A stretch of DNA of 64,000 bases from Candidatus Fermentithermobacillaceae bacterium (GCA_012842685.1 DUSI01000060.1:5024-69023); one strand, 5' to 3'; numbered from the stretch's first letter, positions 34,307 through 44,222 are shown. Numbers and translations are program-made. Notes: generated by a model not told the origin, from the sequence alone.

Positions 34307-35413
34307 GTGAGACAAAGGAACCCGAAGCAGAAACTCCTCATGGGACCGGGGCCGTCAAACCCAGATCCCCGGGTACTCAGGGCCTTGTCGGAGCCGACCC
34401 TCGGGCACCTGGATCCTGACTTCTTGGAGGTAATGGACGACACCGCGGAGCTCTTGAGGTACGTCTTTAACACGAAAAACGAGCTCACCTTACCTATCTC
34501 GGGTACCGGTATGTCCGGCATGGAGACGGCCATGGTCAACTCCCTGGAGCCCGGGGACAAGGCGATTATATGCGTCGCGGGAGCCTTCGGGGAGCGTATG
34601 GCAGACGTAGCGGGGCGCGCCGGCGCACAGGTTGTCAGAGTCGAGGCGCCTTGGGGAGAACCCATCGACCCTGACGACGTGAAGAAGGCCATACGGAAGA
34701 ACCCTGATGCCAAGGTGCTTGGGATCGTACACGGCGAGACTTCTACCGGCGTCCTCCAGCCACTCGATGAAATAGCCGCTACGGTCCACGAAGCCGGCAT
34801 GCGCATCATAGTAGACACGGTCGCTTCGCTGGGCGGAGTCGATGTGCCCACGGACAGGCTCGGGCTGGACGTGGTTTATTCGGGTTCCCAGAAGTGCTTG
34901 AGCTGCCCGCCCGGTCTCGCGCCCATAACCTTCGGTGAAAAGGCAGTCGCTTTCATCGAGAACCGCAAGACCACGTGCCAGAGCTGGTACCTGGACCTCG
35001 GGATGATAAGGAGGTACTGGGGGAGCGAGCGCTTCTACCACCACACGGCGCCGATCAACATGATCTACGCCCTCAATGAAGCCCTGAGGATAGTGAAGGA
35101 AGAAGGTCTTGATGCGCGTTTCGCGAGGCACAAGGCTGCCCAGGAAGCCCTCATCGCGGGGCTCCTCGACCTAGGCCTCGAGCCGGTCGTCAACGAACCG
35201 TACAGGCTCCCAACCCTCACCACGGTCTACGTACCTGAAGGGGTAAGTGAGGCCGAAGTGCGGAGGAAGCTCATGGACGAATTCGGCATCGAGATCGCGG
35301 GCGGCCTGGGTATCTTCAAGGGTAAGATCTGGCGCATCGGCCTCATGGGTACGAACGCGACCAAGGCGAACGTGGTGAGGCTCCTCGGCGCCCTTAGAGA
35401 AGTGCTGAAGTAG
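34307..35413 (+). CDS. Class V aminotransferase of the alanine-glyoxylate / serine-pyruvate (AGXT) type
   Basis: LLMGPGPSNPDPRVLRAL N-terminal motif; PLP-lysine region VYSGSQKCLSCPPGL. Start placed at the GTG at 34307 after the RBS GGAAGGAGAG; the ORF-track start 34223 overlaps the upstream gene. Confidence 0.8.
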   Translation: MRQRNPKQKLLMGPGPSNPDPRVLRALSEPTLGHLDPDFLEVMDDTAELLRYVFNTKNELTLPISGTGMSGMETAMVNSLEPGDKAIICVAGAFGERMADVAGRAGAQVVRVEAPWGEPIDPDDVKKAIRKNPDAKVLGIVHGETSTGVLQPLDEIAATVHEAGMRIIVDTVASLGGVDVPTDRLGLDVVYSGSQKCLSCPPGLAPITFGEKAVAFIENRKTTCQSWYLDLGMIRRYWGSERFYHHTAPINMIYALNEALRIVKEEGLDARFARHKAAQEALIAGLLDLGLEPVVNEPYRLPTLTTVYVPEGVSEAEVRRKLMDEFGIEIAGGLGIFKGKIWRIGLMGTNATKANVVRLLGALREVLK

Positions 35414-35421
35414 CGGCGTGG

Positions 35422-37476
35422 TCATTCCCAAGATACGGCTCGCGCCACGTCTTCAAGGTCGGAACTGAGTCTTGCGGGCGGGAGGCTTCGGAGTATCTCC
35501 CGCCCGTAGTTTTTCGTGGCTATGCGGGGGTCAAGGATAACGACCGCCCCGCGGTCCGTCCTGGTGCGGATGAGTCGCCCGAACCCCTGCCTGAGCTTCA
35601 GAGTGGCTACGGGCAGGTAGTAATAGGTGAACGGCACTATACCATGCCTTTTCCAGAGCTGCTCCCGGGCTTCCATCACCGGGTCGTCTGGGACGGGGAA
35701 GGGGAGCTTGGTGATCACGACGCAGGAAAGGGCGCTTCCCGGGACGTCTACGCCCTCCCAGAAGGAATCTAAGCCAAAGAGCACCGCGTTCCCTTTTTCT
35801 TTGAAATCCCTGAGGAGCGCATCCCTGGGAGCGTCCCCTTGTTTCAGGAAGGGGTATCCCATCTCTTCGATCTTGTCCTTTACGAGCTCGGCCACCCTTT
35901 CCATGGACTTCTTGTTGGTGAACAGCACGAACATGCGGCCGCCGGTCATGGCCGCTATCTCCACGACCTTCTTTGCGACGTAGTTGCCAAAGGGCGGGCT
36001 GTTCACGTCTTGACCTCTGGAGTCTCCCGGGACGCAGAGGATCGCCTGCTCCCTGTAGTTGAAAGGCGAGCCCAGCACCAGCTCCTTCGCCCCGGCGAGG
36101 GCGAGCATGTTCTCTTGGTACTCAAAGGAGGATCCTGTGGCCAGCGTCGCCGACGTGAGGATAGCGGTAGGGACTTGCGACCACAGATTTTCCGCAAGGT
36201 ATTCGCCGACCTCCAAGGGTGCCCGCTTGAGGGAAACGTACCCCGCCCTCGTCCCTTCTACCGATTCGGCCCAGTACACATGGGTCTCGCCGTCTCCGTC
36301 CAGGGTGGATATGCTCTCGAGGTCCTGACAGAGAGAGACGAAACGCCTCCTCAGGGACTGCACCTCGAACCGCTCTTCGTCGGAAAGGTCGAAGTCCTCC
36401 CAGTCTTGGATTTCCTTAGAGAGATCCCTCAGGGACTTTATGACCTTCTCGTCTATGAGTCCCGGGTCTCTTATCCGCGCCCTGTCTTTCCCCATGAGGC
36501 GAGAAGGGTCGAGCTTGTAGAGGATCTCATAGAGGGCGGATATCCGCGCGTCAAGCCGCTCCGCGAGGCTCCGGAGCCCTTCTCTCGTGATGCTCCTGCC
36601 TATCGCCCCCGTCCTTGCCATCCTCACGGTGTCGTCCACGAGCCGTTTCAACCTCCCGGGGCCTACTTCCGTGCCGAGGCTGTCCCGGATGACGTCTTCC
36701 AGGTGGTGTGCCTCGTCGAAGATCACGGCTTCAAACCCCGGCAGGAGAGCCGCGGCCCCTCCGCTCTGGCTCCATATAGCGAGGTGAGAGGCGAAAAGGG
36801 CGTGGTTCACGACGATCATGTGGCACCCTTCCAGGCGCCTCCTGTGTCGCTGGTAGAAACAGGCCTGGAGGTGAGGGCACTTCCCCGACATGCAGCGGTC
36901 GCTTTCGGAACATACGAGGGACCAGACTTGGTCTGGGACGGGCCTCGGAAGCCGGTCCCGGTCTCCATCCCAGGAGTCCCCCGATGCCAGTTCGTAGAGG
37001 TATTCGATTGCCTTTTCTTCGGCGTTCGCCTCAAAGAGAGAAGTCCTCTGGGCCACATCTTCCGCCGCCAGGCCGAGCCTCCGCAGACAGACATAATGGT
37101 TTCGGCCTTTCATCTGGGAGTAGCGGAGTTCGAACCCGCCTCCGGAAACGATCCCGGCGACGAGAGGGATGTCCTTATTTACCAGCTGTTCCTGGAGGTT
37201 GATGGTATGGGTCGAGATAACGACCCGCTTGCCGGTCTCCCGGCAGAAGACGGCGGCGGGGAAGAGGTAAGCTAGAGATTTTCCCGTTCCCGTGCCGGCT
37301 TCTACCATGAGGTGTGAAGGCGAAGTAAGCGCACCCCATACGGCCATAGCCATCTCCAGCTGTTCGGGCCGTTCTTCAAACCCGGTCAGCCTGGAAGCGA
37401 TGGCGCCGCCTTTGGAGAAGGCGGATCTGATGGCGCATTCTCCGCCTGAGAGGGATGCGGCTGAGTGTCCGGACAC
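35422..37476 (-). CDS. dinG: ATP-dependent DinG/XPD-family (Rad3-like) DNA helicase with Fe-S domain
   Basis: Walker A AGTGTGKSLAYL; DEAH box VIFDEAHHLED; four-Cys Fe-S cluster region (YVCLRRL...CSESDRCMSGKCPHLQACFY); C-terminal helicase motifs. Confidence 0.85.
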   Translation of the reverse strand: MSGHSAASLSGGECAIRSAFSKGGAIASRLTGFEERPEQLEMAMAVWGALTSPSHLMVEAGTGTGKSLAYLFPAAVFCRETGKRVVISTHTINLQEQLVNKDIPLVAGIVSGGGFELRYSQMKGRNHYVCLRRLGLAAEDVAQRTSLFEANAEEKAIEYLYELASGDSWDGDRDRLPRPVPDQVWSLVCSESDRCMSGKCPHLQACFYQRHRRRLEGCHMIVVNHALFASHLAIWSQSGGAAALLPGFEAVIFDEAHHLEDVIRDSLGTEVGPGRLKRLVDDTVRMARTGAIGRSITREGLRSLAERLDARISALYEILYKLDPSRLMGKDRARIRDPGLIDEKVIKSLRDLSKEIQDWEDFDLSDEERFEVQSLRRRFVSLCQDLESISTLDGDGETHVYWAESVEGTRAGYVSLKRAPLEVGEYLAENLWSQVPTAILTSATLATGSSFEYQENMLALAGAKELVLGSPFNYREQAILCVPGDSRGQDVNSPPFGNYVAKKVVEIAAMTGGRMFVLFTNKKSMERVAELVKDKIEEMGYPFLKQGDAPRDALLRDFKEKGNAVLFGLDSFWEGVDVPGSALSCVVITKLPFPVPDDPVMEAREQLWKRHGIVPFTYYYLPVATLKLRQGFGRLIRTRTDRGAVVILDPRIATKNYGREILRSLPPARLSSDLEDVARAVSWE

Positions 37477-37558
37477 GAAAAGCCCCCAAAATTTTCTCTA
37501 CGGACTACCAAGATTGTACGGTTTTGGAGACCATCCGTGCAATTGCAGGCGCGATCTT

Positions 37559-39175
37559 CTACCTCCAAAGCCTGCGGAGGAAGTCAGAGGTCCAGCTAAG
37601 GGGCCCTTTCTGCCCTTTTCCCGGCTGGCCGCTGTTTGACCCGCCGGCCTTTGGGTCTGCTCCCTTGGGTCCCGGCTGCTTTTCGTCTTTGCCCTTGGAG
37701 TCTTTGGGGTCTCTTGCGCCTGGCTTATCGTCCTTGCCCTTGGAGTCCTTTCCTGGCTTCTCGTCCTTATCCTTCTTGTCGCCCTTGTCTCCTCGATCGT
37801 CTTCGTGTGGCTTGACGGGTTTATCAGGGCTCTTGCCTGGGTCTTGCTTCCCGCCCTTTGGAGTGGAAGGAGAACCTGAGCCGGTGGGGGTGAGGCCCGA
37901 CTGAGTATTGCCCTTCTTGTCGTCTTCCTTTTTGTTGGGGCCCTTCTCGCTTTCTTTCTTGTTGTCTTTCTCGACGTGGTCATCCCGGCGATCTCTATCG
38001 TCCCGTTTCTCCATATCGTTCTGGTCGCCGGTGGACTTCGATGCCTCGAGCAGGGCTTTGAGCAAGTCTTTCGCAAGATTCTCCAGTTCTTTCTGGGACT
38101 TTTTCGTACCGAGCTTTGGGTCTCCCCAGTTGATCTCGGGTAGGCCGCTCCTAATCATGTCCAGGAACGTCTGGACATCGGCCTTCTTCTGGAGGCCGGG
38201 CGGGACGGGGCTTCCCTTGCCGGGAGTGGTTGGCGGAGCTCCCTGGGCAGCATGCGGAGTCGCCTTGCCCGACGCGCCTTTTTCTTCCCCCGTTGACCGC
38301 GGATTGACCTCGTTCGCACCCGGAGAGGGAGCGCCCGAGGGCCCTGCGGTTTCCCCTTCTCCGGCGGGCGAGCTCCCAGGCAACTCGTCTACCTGGGCTT
38401 CCAGGTGGAGAGGTTCGGCCAAGGGAGTAGATCCGCCGGGCTCGGCTTGCCCGGAGGTCGTGCCGCCGGCCACGTAAATCCCGGGATCCGCTCCCGGTTC
38501 CATCCAAGGTTCTTCGTAGCTTTCCCATTCAAGATTCCAGAGGGCCCATAGGGCCGCCCGTCCTGCCGACACGCCCAGCTCCTGGGCCATAGCCCTGGTT
38601 TCCATATCCAGCACGAGCGCGGTGGCCTCGCCGACGGAACCGAAGATCTCATGGGCGATGGCAGATACCTCGGCGGAAACGTCTCTATCCCCTCGGGTGC
38701 CCTCCGGCACCGGGATGATGGCGATTATGACCTGCTTGACGCCTGGCACCGCGTCCCTCAGGCTGCTCAGGACGGCGCTTATGGCCTTCATCTCCACTCT
38801 TACCGCCGAGAGGGCTGCCGCCCCTGCCTCATCGAGCGCCACCGCCTTCCTCACCAGGCCGCGGTCGTTTACCTCGAGCTCTATGCTTGCGGCGGTGTCT
38901 CCCGACGAGTCGAAGGTCACATAGGCGAGTACCGGCCTCGCGTAGAGGTAGTGCCGGTAGCCGAAGATGGACGACACGATCAAGATGGAGGCCAATATGG
39001 CAGCAGGCACGAGCTTCCGCCAGAGGAAGCCCTGGAAACGGGGGGTGGGCACCCAGACCTCTTCACCCGGCATGAGGTCGCGCCTATCCCGCCAGGTCAC
39101 GAACTCACCGTCCGCGGTAAGGGCGGTTACCCTATCGCCGGAGCGTTCTATCACCAGGGCACGTCTTCTGTACAA
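37559..39175 (-). CDS. rsgI: Anti-sigma-I factor RsgI-like (RsgI_N domain, one TM, extracytoplasmic domain with K/D/G/P-rich disordered tail)
   Basis: N-terminal MYRRRALVIERSGDRVTALTADGEFVTWRD...PGEEVWVP matches the RsgI N-domain; TM AAILASILIVSSIFGY; directly downstream of the sigI-like gene. Confidence 0.7.
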   Translation of the reverse strand: MYRRRALVIERSGDRVTALTADGEFVTWRDRRDLMPGEEVWVPTPRFQGFLWRKLVPAAILASILIVSSIFGYRHYLYARPVLAYVTFDSSGDTAASIELEVNDRGLVRKAVALDEAGAAALSAVRVEMKAISAVLSSLRDAVPGVKQVIIAIIPVPEGTRGDRDVSAEVSAIAHEIFGSVGEATALVLDMETRAMAQELGVSAGRAALWALWNLEWESYEEPWMEPGADPGIYVAGGTTSGQAEPGGSTPLAEPLHLEAQVDELPGSSPAGEGETAGPSGAPSPGANEVNPRSTGEEKGASGKATPHAAQGAPPTTPGKGSPVPPGLQKKADVQTFLDMIRSGLPEINWGDPKLGTKKSQKELENLAKDLLKALLEASKSTGDQNDMEKRDDRDRRDDHVEKDNKKESEKGPNKKEDDKKGNTQSGLTPTGSGSPSTPKGGKQDPGKSPDKPVKPHEDDRGDKGDKKDKDEKPGKDSKGKDDKPGARDPKDSKGKDEKQPGPKGADPKAGGSNSGQPGKGQKGPLSWTSDFLRRLWR

Positions 39176-39213
39176 TTCCCTTCACCCGTCCTTCACCTGC
39201 TGCGGCTCAGCCT

Positions 39214-39975
39214 CTACATTTCGAGAAACTCCCGGAGGCTTCCTAGGTTATGGGTAACTATTATGGCGATGGCCATTATGTAGGCCTTCTGCCTTTCGAT
39301 GGTTTTCTTCGACACTCTCAGGTCATCCGGGAGGACGGCAAGGAGCTCCTGTATGGGCAGTTTTTTCTCTTTCAAGAATCTGTCTCGGATTTCCCGGTGG
39401 GTTGCCACCACGTTTCCTATGCTCATGGCCCTCTGGCGCGCATCGGCGTGCTTGGGCGCCGCCTTTGCCACGTCTTTCAGGCAGAGCCTATATGACCTCA
39501 GGGCCTCCTGCCACCTCTCGATGTCGTCTCTCCTCTCGAGGACCTTGGACCAGCCTTCTAAGTCGTAGGTCCTCGAGACCTGGACATCCACCGCCCAGTC
39601 CTCCGAATCGTCCGAAGGAGCGATGGAGGAAAATGGGACTTCGTCGCGCCGGTTTTCCTTGCGGTAGTAGTCGATGAGGCGCCTGCGTATCACGGTGGCC
39701 GCGAAAGCCAGAAACCCCGGACGCGGGCTAGAGTAGGCATTTATCGCCTCGTCAAAAGCGAGGAACGCCACACTCACCTCGTCGTCCTTTCCGACGGTGA
39801 GGTACCTGCCCGCGGTCGCAGATGCGGTCTTCAGGATAAATGGGGTATAGTCACGGATGAGCTCCTCCCGCTCACGGGAGTCCCCATCTCGGGCTCTGGC
39901 GACTCTCGCCTCTACCGACTTGGTGGCAGTAGCTGTAAGCAGTGACAAAATCAATGTGTTGTTCACCGGCACCAA
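39214..39975 (-). CDS. sigI: RNA polymerase sigma factor SigI
   Basis: EELIRDYTPFILKTAS...FLAFDEAINAYS...TVIRRRLIDYYRKE...LPIQELLAVLPDDLRVSKKTIERQKAYIMAIAIIV closely follows the SigI-family layout. Confidence 0.75.
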   Translation of the reverse strand: MVPVNNTLILSLLTATATKSVEARVARARDGDSREREELIRDYTPFILKTASATAGRYLTVGKDDEVSVAFLAFDEAINAYSSPRPGFLAFAATVIRRRLIDYYRKENRRDEVPFSSIAPSDDSEDWAVDVQVSRTYDLEGWSKVLERRDDIERWQEALRSYRLCLKDVAKAAPKHADARQRAMSIGNVVATHREIRDRFLKEKKLPIQELLAVLPDDLRVSKKTIERQKAYIMAIAIIVTHNLGSLREFLEM

Positions 39976-40281
39976 TCTTCTGCGTCCTTACCTGTATCAC
40001 CTTTTCGGCCGCGGGCCATGTTTTTCCAGAAGACCCACGGATAGGCGACCGGTAGGCGAGATGTGCGCAGAAGCGTCCCACCTCCGCTCTCTGTTCTATA
40101 TAGGATCGCAAGATCCGGGAGATTTCTTGGCCACCACAGAATAGTTCGTGTCACGATATACTTGTGTAGCGAAAGAAACAGTAGTATGCTACATGTGTGT
40201 GACGACTTGTATGAGAAGTCATACGTGTCATCCCAAATCTACAATGTATGATCGGTCGAGCAGGGGGGAGGTCTAGGTAGG

Positions 40282-40536
40282 TTGACTCATATATTGCGCA
40301 ACAAGTTTCTCGGTTCGGCTACGGTCGGCGAGCGGGGCCAGATAGTCATCCCCGCAGAGGCGCGGAAAGAGTACGGCATCGAAATAGGAGACAAGATAAT
40401 GGTTTTCGCCAGCCGGCACGGCGCAGGGATTATACTCATAAAGGCAGAGCACGTGACGCGAATGCTATCCGATACCATCGACCAGCTGGGCAAAATCGTC
40501 AAGGCATCCGAAGAAAAGAAAGAGGAAACGGAGTAG
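40282..40536 (+). CDS. AbrB/MazE/SpoVT-family (swapped-hairpin) DNA-binding protein
   Basis: GSATVGERGQIVIPAEARKEYGIEIGDKIMVF is the AbrB-type looped-hinge helix fold; located upstream of the ABC exporter pair. Confidence 0.6.
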   Translation: MTHILRNKFLGSATVGERGQIVIPAEARKEYGIEIGDKIMVFASRHGAGIILIKAEHVTRMLSDTIDQLGKIVKASEEKKEETE

Positions 40537-40554
40537 CCGGAGGAGGGTCAATTC

Positions 40555-42330
40555 TTGCGTACTCTTAGAAGGCTCACGCAGTTTGCCATCCCGTACTGGA
40601 AAGTGTACGTCCTTACCTTTATCTTGGTCTTCGCCATCACGGGCATGGAACTCGTGCAGCCGCTTATCGTGAGATGGATTGTCGACGAGATATTCGGAAA
40701 GGGAGCCTGGAACCGACTGCTTTGGGGTGTCTTGCTCATGGGAGCCGCTTCCGCGGTTGCGGCAGTCCTGGGGTACGCCCAGCGGTACGGGATGTCCTGG
40801 GCCGGGCAAAAGATCATCTTCGACATCCGGAACAAGCTGTACGAGCACCTTCAGCAACTTTCTTTCAGCTTCTACGATAAGGCCCAGACGGGGCAACTCA
40901 TGTCGCGGGTCACCGCCGACGTCGAGCAGACCAGGAACTTCCTTGCCCATCAGATAATAAGGATCGTGGCTGCGACGGTACGGTTTGTAGCGTCTATTGT
41001 CCTCATGCTCTCCCTCGATTGGAGACTCACCTTGGTGGCCATGGTCCCCGTGCCCCTACTTGCGTGGCGGGTAAAGATTTACTCCACCGTCATCCGCCCG
41101 AGGTTCTGGGCGATACAGCAGTACCTGGCGGTGCTCACTGCCACCTTGCAGGAGAACATCACAGGGCAGCGGGTCGTCAAGGCCTTTGCCCGCAAAGAGC
41201 ACGAGATCCAGAAGTTCGAACGGGACAATATGGAACTACTGAACAAGAACATCGACACGGTGCGCGCGTCGGCGGTAAATGAGGCCATGATGATGCTCCT
41301 CGTAGAGTCCTCGCTGGCCCTCATCCTGTTCTGGGGCGGAAGGCAGATAATCGGGGGGAATATGAGCGTAGGCACGCTGGTCGCCTTTAACGCTCTCATG
41401 CTCGATACGCTGCGCCAGGTCAGGATGCTCGGGATGTGGGTAAGCGGCGTCCAGCGGACCATAGCGGCCGGCGACAGGATTTTCGAGATACTGGATACCA
41501 AGGCCGATGTTACCGACAAGCCCGGCGCCGAGCCCATGCCGCCCATCAAAGGTGAAGTGGTGTTCGAGAACGTGAGCTTCGCCTACGACGGGGAAAACAT
41601 GGTCCTCGAGGACATAAACCTGAGGGTCAGACCGGGCGAGACCATAGCCATACTCGGCGGCACCGGTTCGGGGAAGTCCACCCTCATAAACCTCATACCC
41701 AGGTTCTACGACACGACCAAAGGGCGCATCCTGATCGACGGGCGCGACATCCGCGACGTCACCCTTCAGAGCCTGAGGCGACAGATAGGCGTTGTCACCC
41801 AGGAGACATTCCTGTTCTCAGCGTCTCTCAGGGACAACATAGCCTACGGCAGGCCCGACGCTACCGAAGAGGAGATCCGCCGGGCTGCCCAGGCGGCACA
41901 CATAGACGACTTCATAGACAGCCTCCCGAACGGCTACGACACGGTGATCGGAGAGCGCGGCGTAGGGCTTTCGGGTGGCCAGAAGCAGAGGGTGGCGATC
42001 GCGCGGGCGCTCCTCATGGACGCCAGGATCCTCCTCCTGGACGAGTCCACTTCCAGCGTGGACGTGGAGACGGAGATGCGCATCCAGAAGGCCTTCTCCG
42101 AACTCCTGAGGGACAGGACTTCATTCATCATCGCCCAGAGGCTTTCGACGGTAAGGAACGCCGACAGGATCATCGTCTTGGACAAAGGCAGGATCGTGGA
42201 AGAGGGGACCCACGAGACGCTCCTCAAGAAGGGCGGGATATACACCGCCATCTACAACCTGCAGTTTAAGAGCCAGGAAAAAGAAGAATTCGAGCGAGAA
42301 GTCGCGGTAGCGGAAGGCGGTGAACGGTAA
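40555..42330 (+). CDS. ABC exporter subunit (TMD-NBD fusion, type I exporter), first half of a heterodimer
   Basis: Six-TM domain plus NBD with Walker A GGTGSGKST, signature LSGGQKQRVAIARAL and Walker B ILLLDEST. Confidence 0.9.
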   Translation: MRTLRRLTQFAIPYWKVYVLTFILVFAITGMELVQPLIVRWIVDEIFGKGAWNRLLWGVLLMGAASAVAAVLGYAQRYGMSWAGQKIIFDIRNKLYEHLQQLSFSFYDKAQTGQLMSRVTADVEQTRNFLAHQIIRIVAATVRFVASIVLMLSLDWRLTLVAMVPVPLLAWRVKIYSTVIRPRFWAIQQYLAVLTATLQENITGQRVVKAFARKEHEIQKFERDNMELLNKNIDTVRASAVNEAMMMLLVESSLALILFWGGRQIIGGNMSVGTLVAFNALMLDTLRQVRMLGMWVSGVQRTIAAGDRIFEILDTKADVTDKPGAEPMPPIKGEVVFENVSFAYDGENMVLEDINLRVRPGETIAILGGTGSGKSTLINLIPRFYDTTKGRILIDGRDIRDVTLQSLRRQIGVVTQETFLFSASLRDNIAYGRPDATEEEIRRAAQAAHIDDFIDSLPNGYDTVIGERGVGLSGGQKQRVAIARALLMDARILLLDESTSSVDVETEMRIQKAFSELLRDRTSFIIAQRLSTVRNADRIIVLDKGRIVEEGTHETLLKKGGIYTAIYNLQFKSQEKEEFEREVAVAEGGER

Positions 42331-44222
42331 TGGGTATGCACTGGCACGGCGGACCCGGTCGCGGTAGGCTCGACGCTGATGACCTGAGCCTCAAGAATGT
42401 GAACTTCGAGCACCTGGGGAGGACCAAGGAATTCGTGAGGCCTTTCTTGGGCCGCCTGCTCCTCGCCATGGCGCTGGTCATAGCCCTGGGAATCCTGGGG
42501 CTTCAGGGACCTGTCATAATCGGGCGCATAGTAGACCTCGTAGAGACGCATACGGCCACATACGAAACCCTTCATAAACTGGTTCTTCTCTACATGGGGC
42601 TCCAGGTGCTCATAGCGGTCTTAAGGTACACCCAGACCTACATCATGTCCTGGACGGGGCAGCACATGCTCTACTCGATAAGGAAGAGGCTCTTTGTGCA
42701 CCTCCAGGACCTTGGACTGGACTTTTACGACAAGCTCCAGGCAGGGCGCATAATGTCCAGGGTAATAAGCGACGTCGAGGCCATAAACAACCTCCTCTCG
42801 GGCGGCTCTTTGAACCTCCTCTCGGATATAGTCAACATCTTCGGCATCATCTACATCATGCTGAGGCTCAACACCAACCTGGCGCTGGTGACGTTCATCA
42901 CCTTCCCCCTCCTGTTCTTCACCATCTACTTCCTCCAGGGGAAGCTGACCCAGGCCTACCACAAGACCAGGCGCAGGCTGGCCGACATAGCCGCGAACCT
43001 GCAAGAGTCCATCTCGGGCATGAAGATCACCCAGGCCTTCACGAGAGAAGAGCAGAACCAGGACCGTTTCGTCGATACCAACAGGCAGAACTTCGAGGCC
43101 CAGATGGAAGCGGCGAAGCTCCATGCGGCCTTCTTCCCGCTGGTTGACATCATAAGCACCCTGGGCGTGGCGCTCGTGTACTACTACGGCGGCATCAGGA
43201 TGTCTTTGGGCGATACAGCTGTCACCATAGGTACCATCACCATCTTCGTAAACTACGTAAACAGGCTCTTCTGGCCCATAAGAAATCTGGTCGAGGTCTG
43301 GAACTGGGTCCTCCAGGCCGCCGTGTCGTCGGAGCGCGTCTTTGAAGTGCTGGATACTGAGCCCAACGTGAAAGACAAACCGGACGCCATCGAACTCGGC
43401 GACATCGAAGGCCACGTGGAGTTCAGGAATGTGACCTTCGGATACGACCCGAACCTGCCGGTCCTGCACAACGTGAACATCGAGGCCAGACCCGGCGAAA
43501 CGATCGCCCTCGTGGGACCGACGGGCGCCGGGAAGACTTCGGTGATAAACCTTCTCTGCAGGTTCTACGACATACAGGGCGGCGCGGTGCTCGTGGACGG
43601 GCACGACATCCGGGACGTGAAGCTGGAATCCCTGAGGAAGAACCTTGGGATAGTGCTCCAGGATACGGTGCTTTTCTCGGGTACCATACGTGACAACATC
43701 CGCTACGGCAGGCTGGATGCCACCGACGAAGAGGTGGAACAGGCGGCCAGGATAGTGGGCGCCCACGACTTCATAATGAGGCAGCCGGAGGGTTACGACA
43801 CGGAAGTGAGGGAGAGAGGCTCGAGGCTTTCGGTAGGTCAGAGGCAGCTCTTGGCCTTCGCCCGGGCGCTCCTGGCAGATCCGAAGATCCTCATCCTGGA
43901 CGAGGCGACCTCTTCGGTGGACGCCTATACCGAGCTCCTGATCCAGAGGGCCCTTGAGAAGCTCCTGGAGGGCAGGACCGCCATCATCATCGCCCACAGG
44001 CTCTCGACGATCAGAAACGCCGACAGGATCTACGTGATCGACCACGGTCAGGTGGTGGAAGTCGGAAATCACGAGGAGCTCGTGGCCCGGGGCGGGCTCT
44101 ACAAGTCCCTGTACGAGAAGCAGTTTACAGGGGCTCCTATCGTAGAGCACGGGTCCGAGGATGCGCGCAGGGAGACGCCTTCCATGGGCAGGGCCCGGCT
44201 GAGGCCCGCGACCGGAGGCTGA
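42330..44222 (+). CDS. ABC exporter subunit (TMD-NBD fusion), second half of the heterodimer
   Basis: Walker A GPTGAGKTS, signature LSVGQRQLLAFARAL, Walker B ILILDEATS; start overlaps the stop of the first subunit. Confidence 0.9.
   Translation: MGMHWHGGPGRGRLDADDLSLKNVNFEHLGRTKEFVRPFLGRLLLAMALVIALGILGLQGPVIIGRIVDLVETHTATYETLHKLVLLYMGLQVLIAVLRYTQTYIMSWTGQHMLYSIRKRLFVHLQDLGLDFYDKLQAGRIMSRVISDVEAINNLLSGGSLNLLSDIVNIFGIIYIMLRLNTNLALVTFITFPLLFFTIYFLQGKLTQAYHKTRRRLADIAANLQESISGMKITQAFTREEQNQDRFVDTNRQNFEAQMEAAKLHAAFFPLVDIISTLGVALVYYYGGIRMSLGDTAVTIGTITIFVNYVNRLFWPIRNLVEVWNWVLQAAVSSERVFEVLDTEPNVKDKPDAIELGDIEGHVEFRNVTFGYDPNLPVLHNVNIEARPGETIALVGPTGAGKTSVINLLCRFYDIQGGAVLVDGHDIRDVKLESLRKNLGIVLQDTVLFSGTIRDNIRYGRLDATDEEVEQAARIVGAHDFIMRQPEGYDTEVRERGSRLSVGQRQLLAFARALLADPKILILDEATSSVDAYTELLIQRALEKLLEGRTAIIIAHRLSTIRNADRIYVIDHGQVVEVGNHEELVARGGLYKSLYEKQFTGAPIVEHGSEDARRETPSMGRARLRPATGG

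Noticed and set aside
35839-37275. 478-aa plus-strand ORF antisense to dinG
   Set aside because: dinG on the minus strand has Walker A, DEAH and Fe-S motifs; the plus ORF is a high-GC artefact.
37498-38477. Several overlapping ORFs (both strands) within 37500-38500
   Set aside because: All lie inside the K/D/G/P-rich repetitive tail of the rsgI gene; only the minus-strand frame is contiguous with the RsgI_N domain.
42621-44150. 509-aa ORF antisense to the second ABC exporter gene
   Set aside because: The plus strand encodes complete ABC motifs; the antisense ORF is R/G/V-rich noise.
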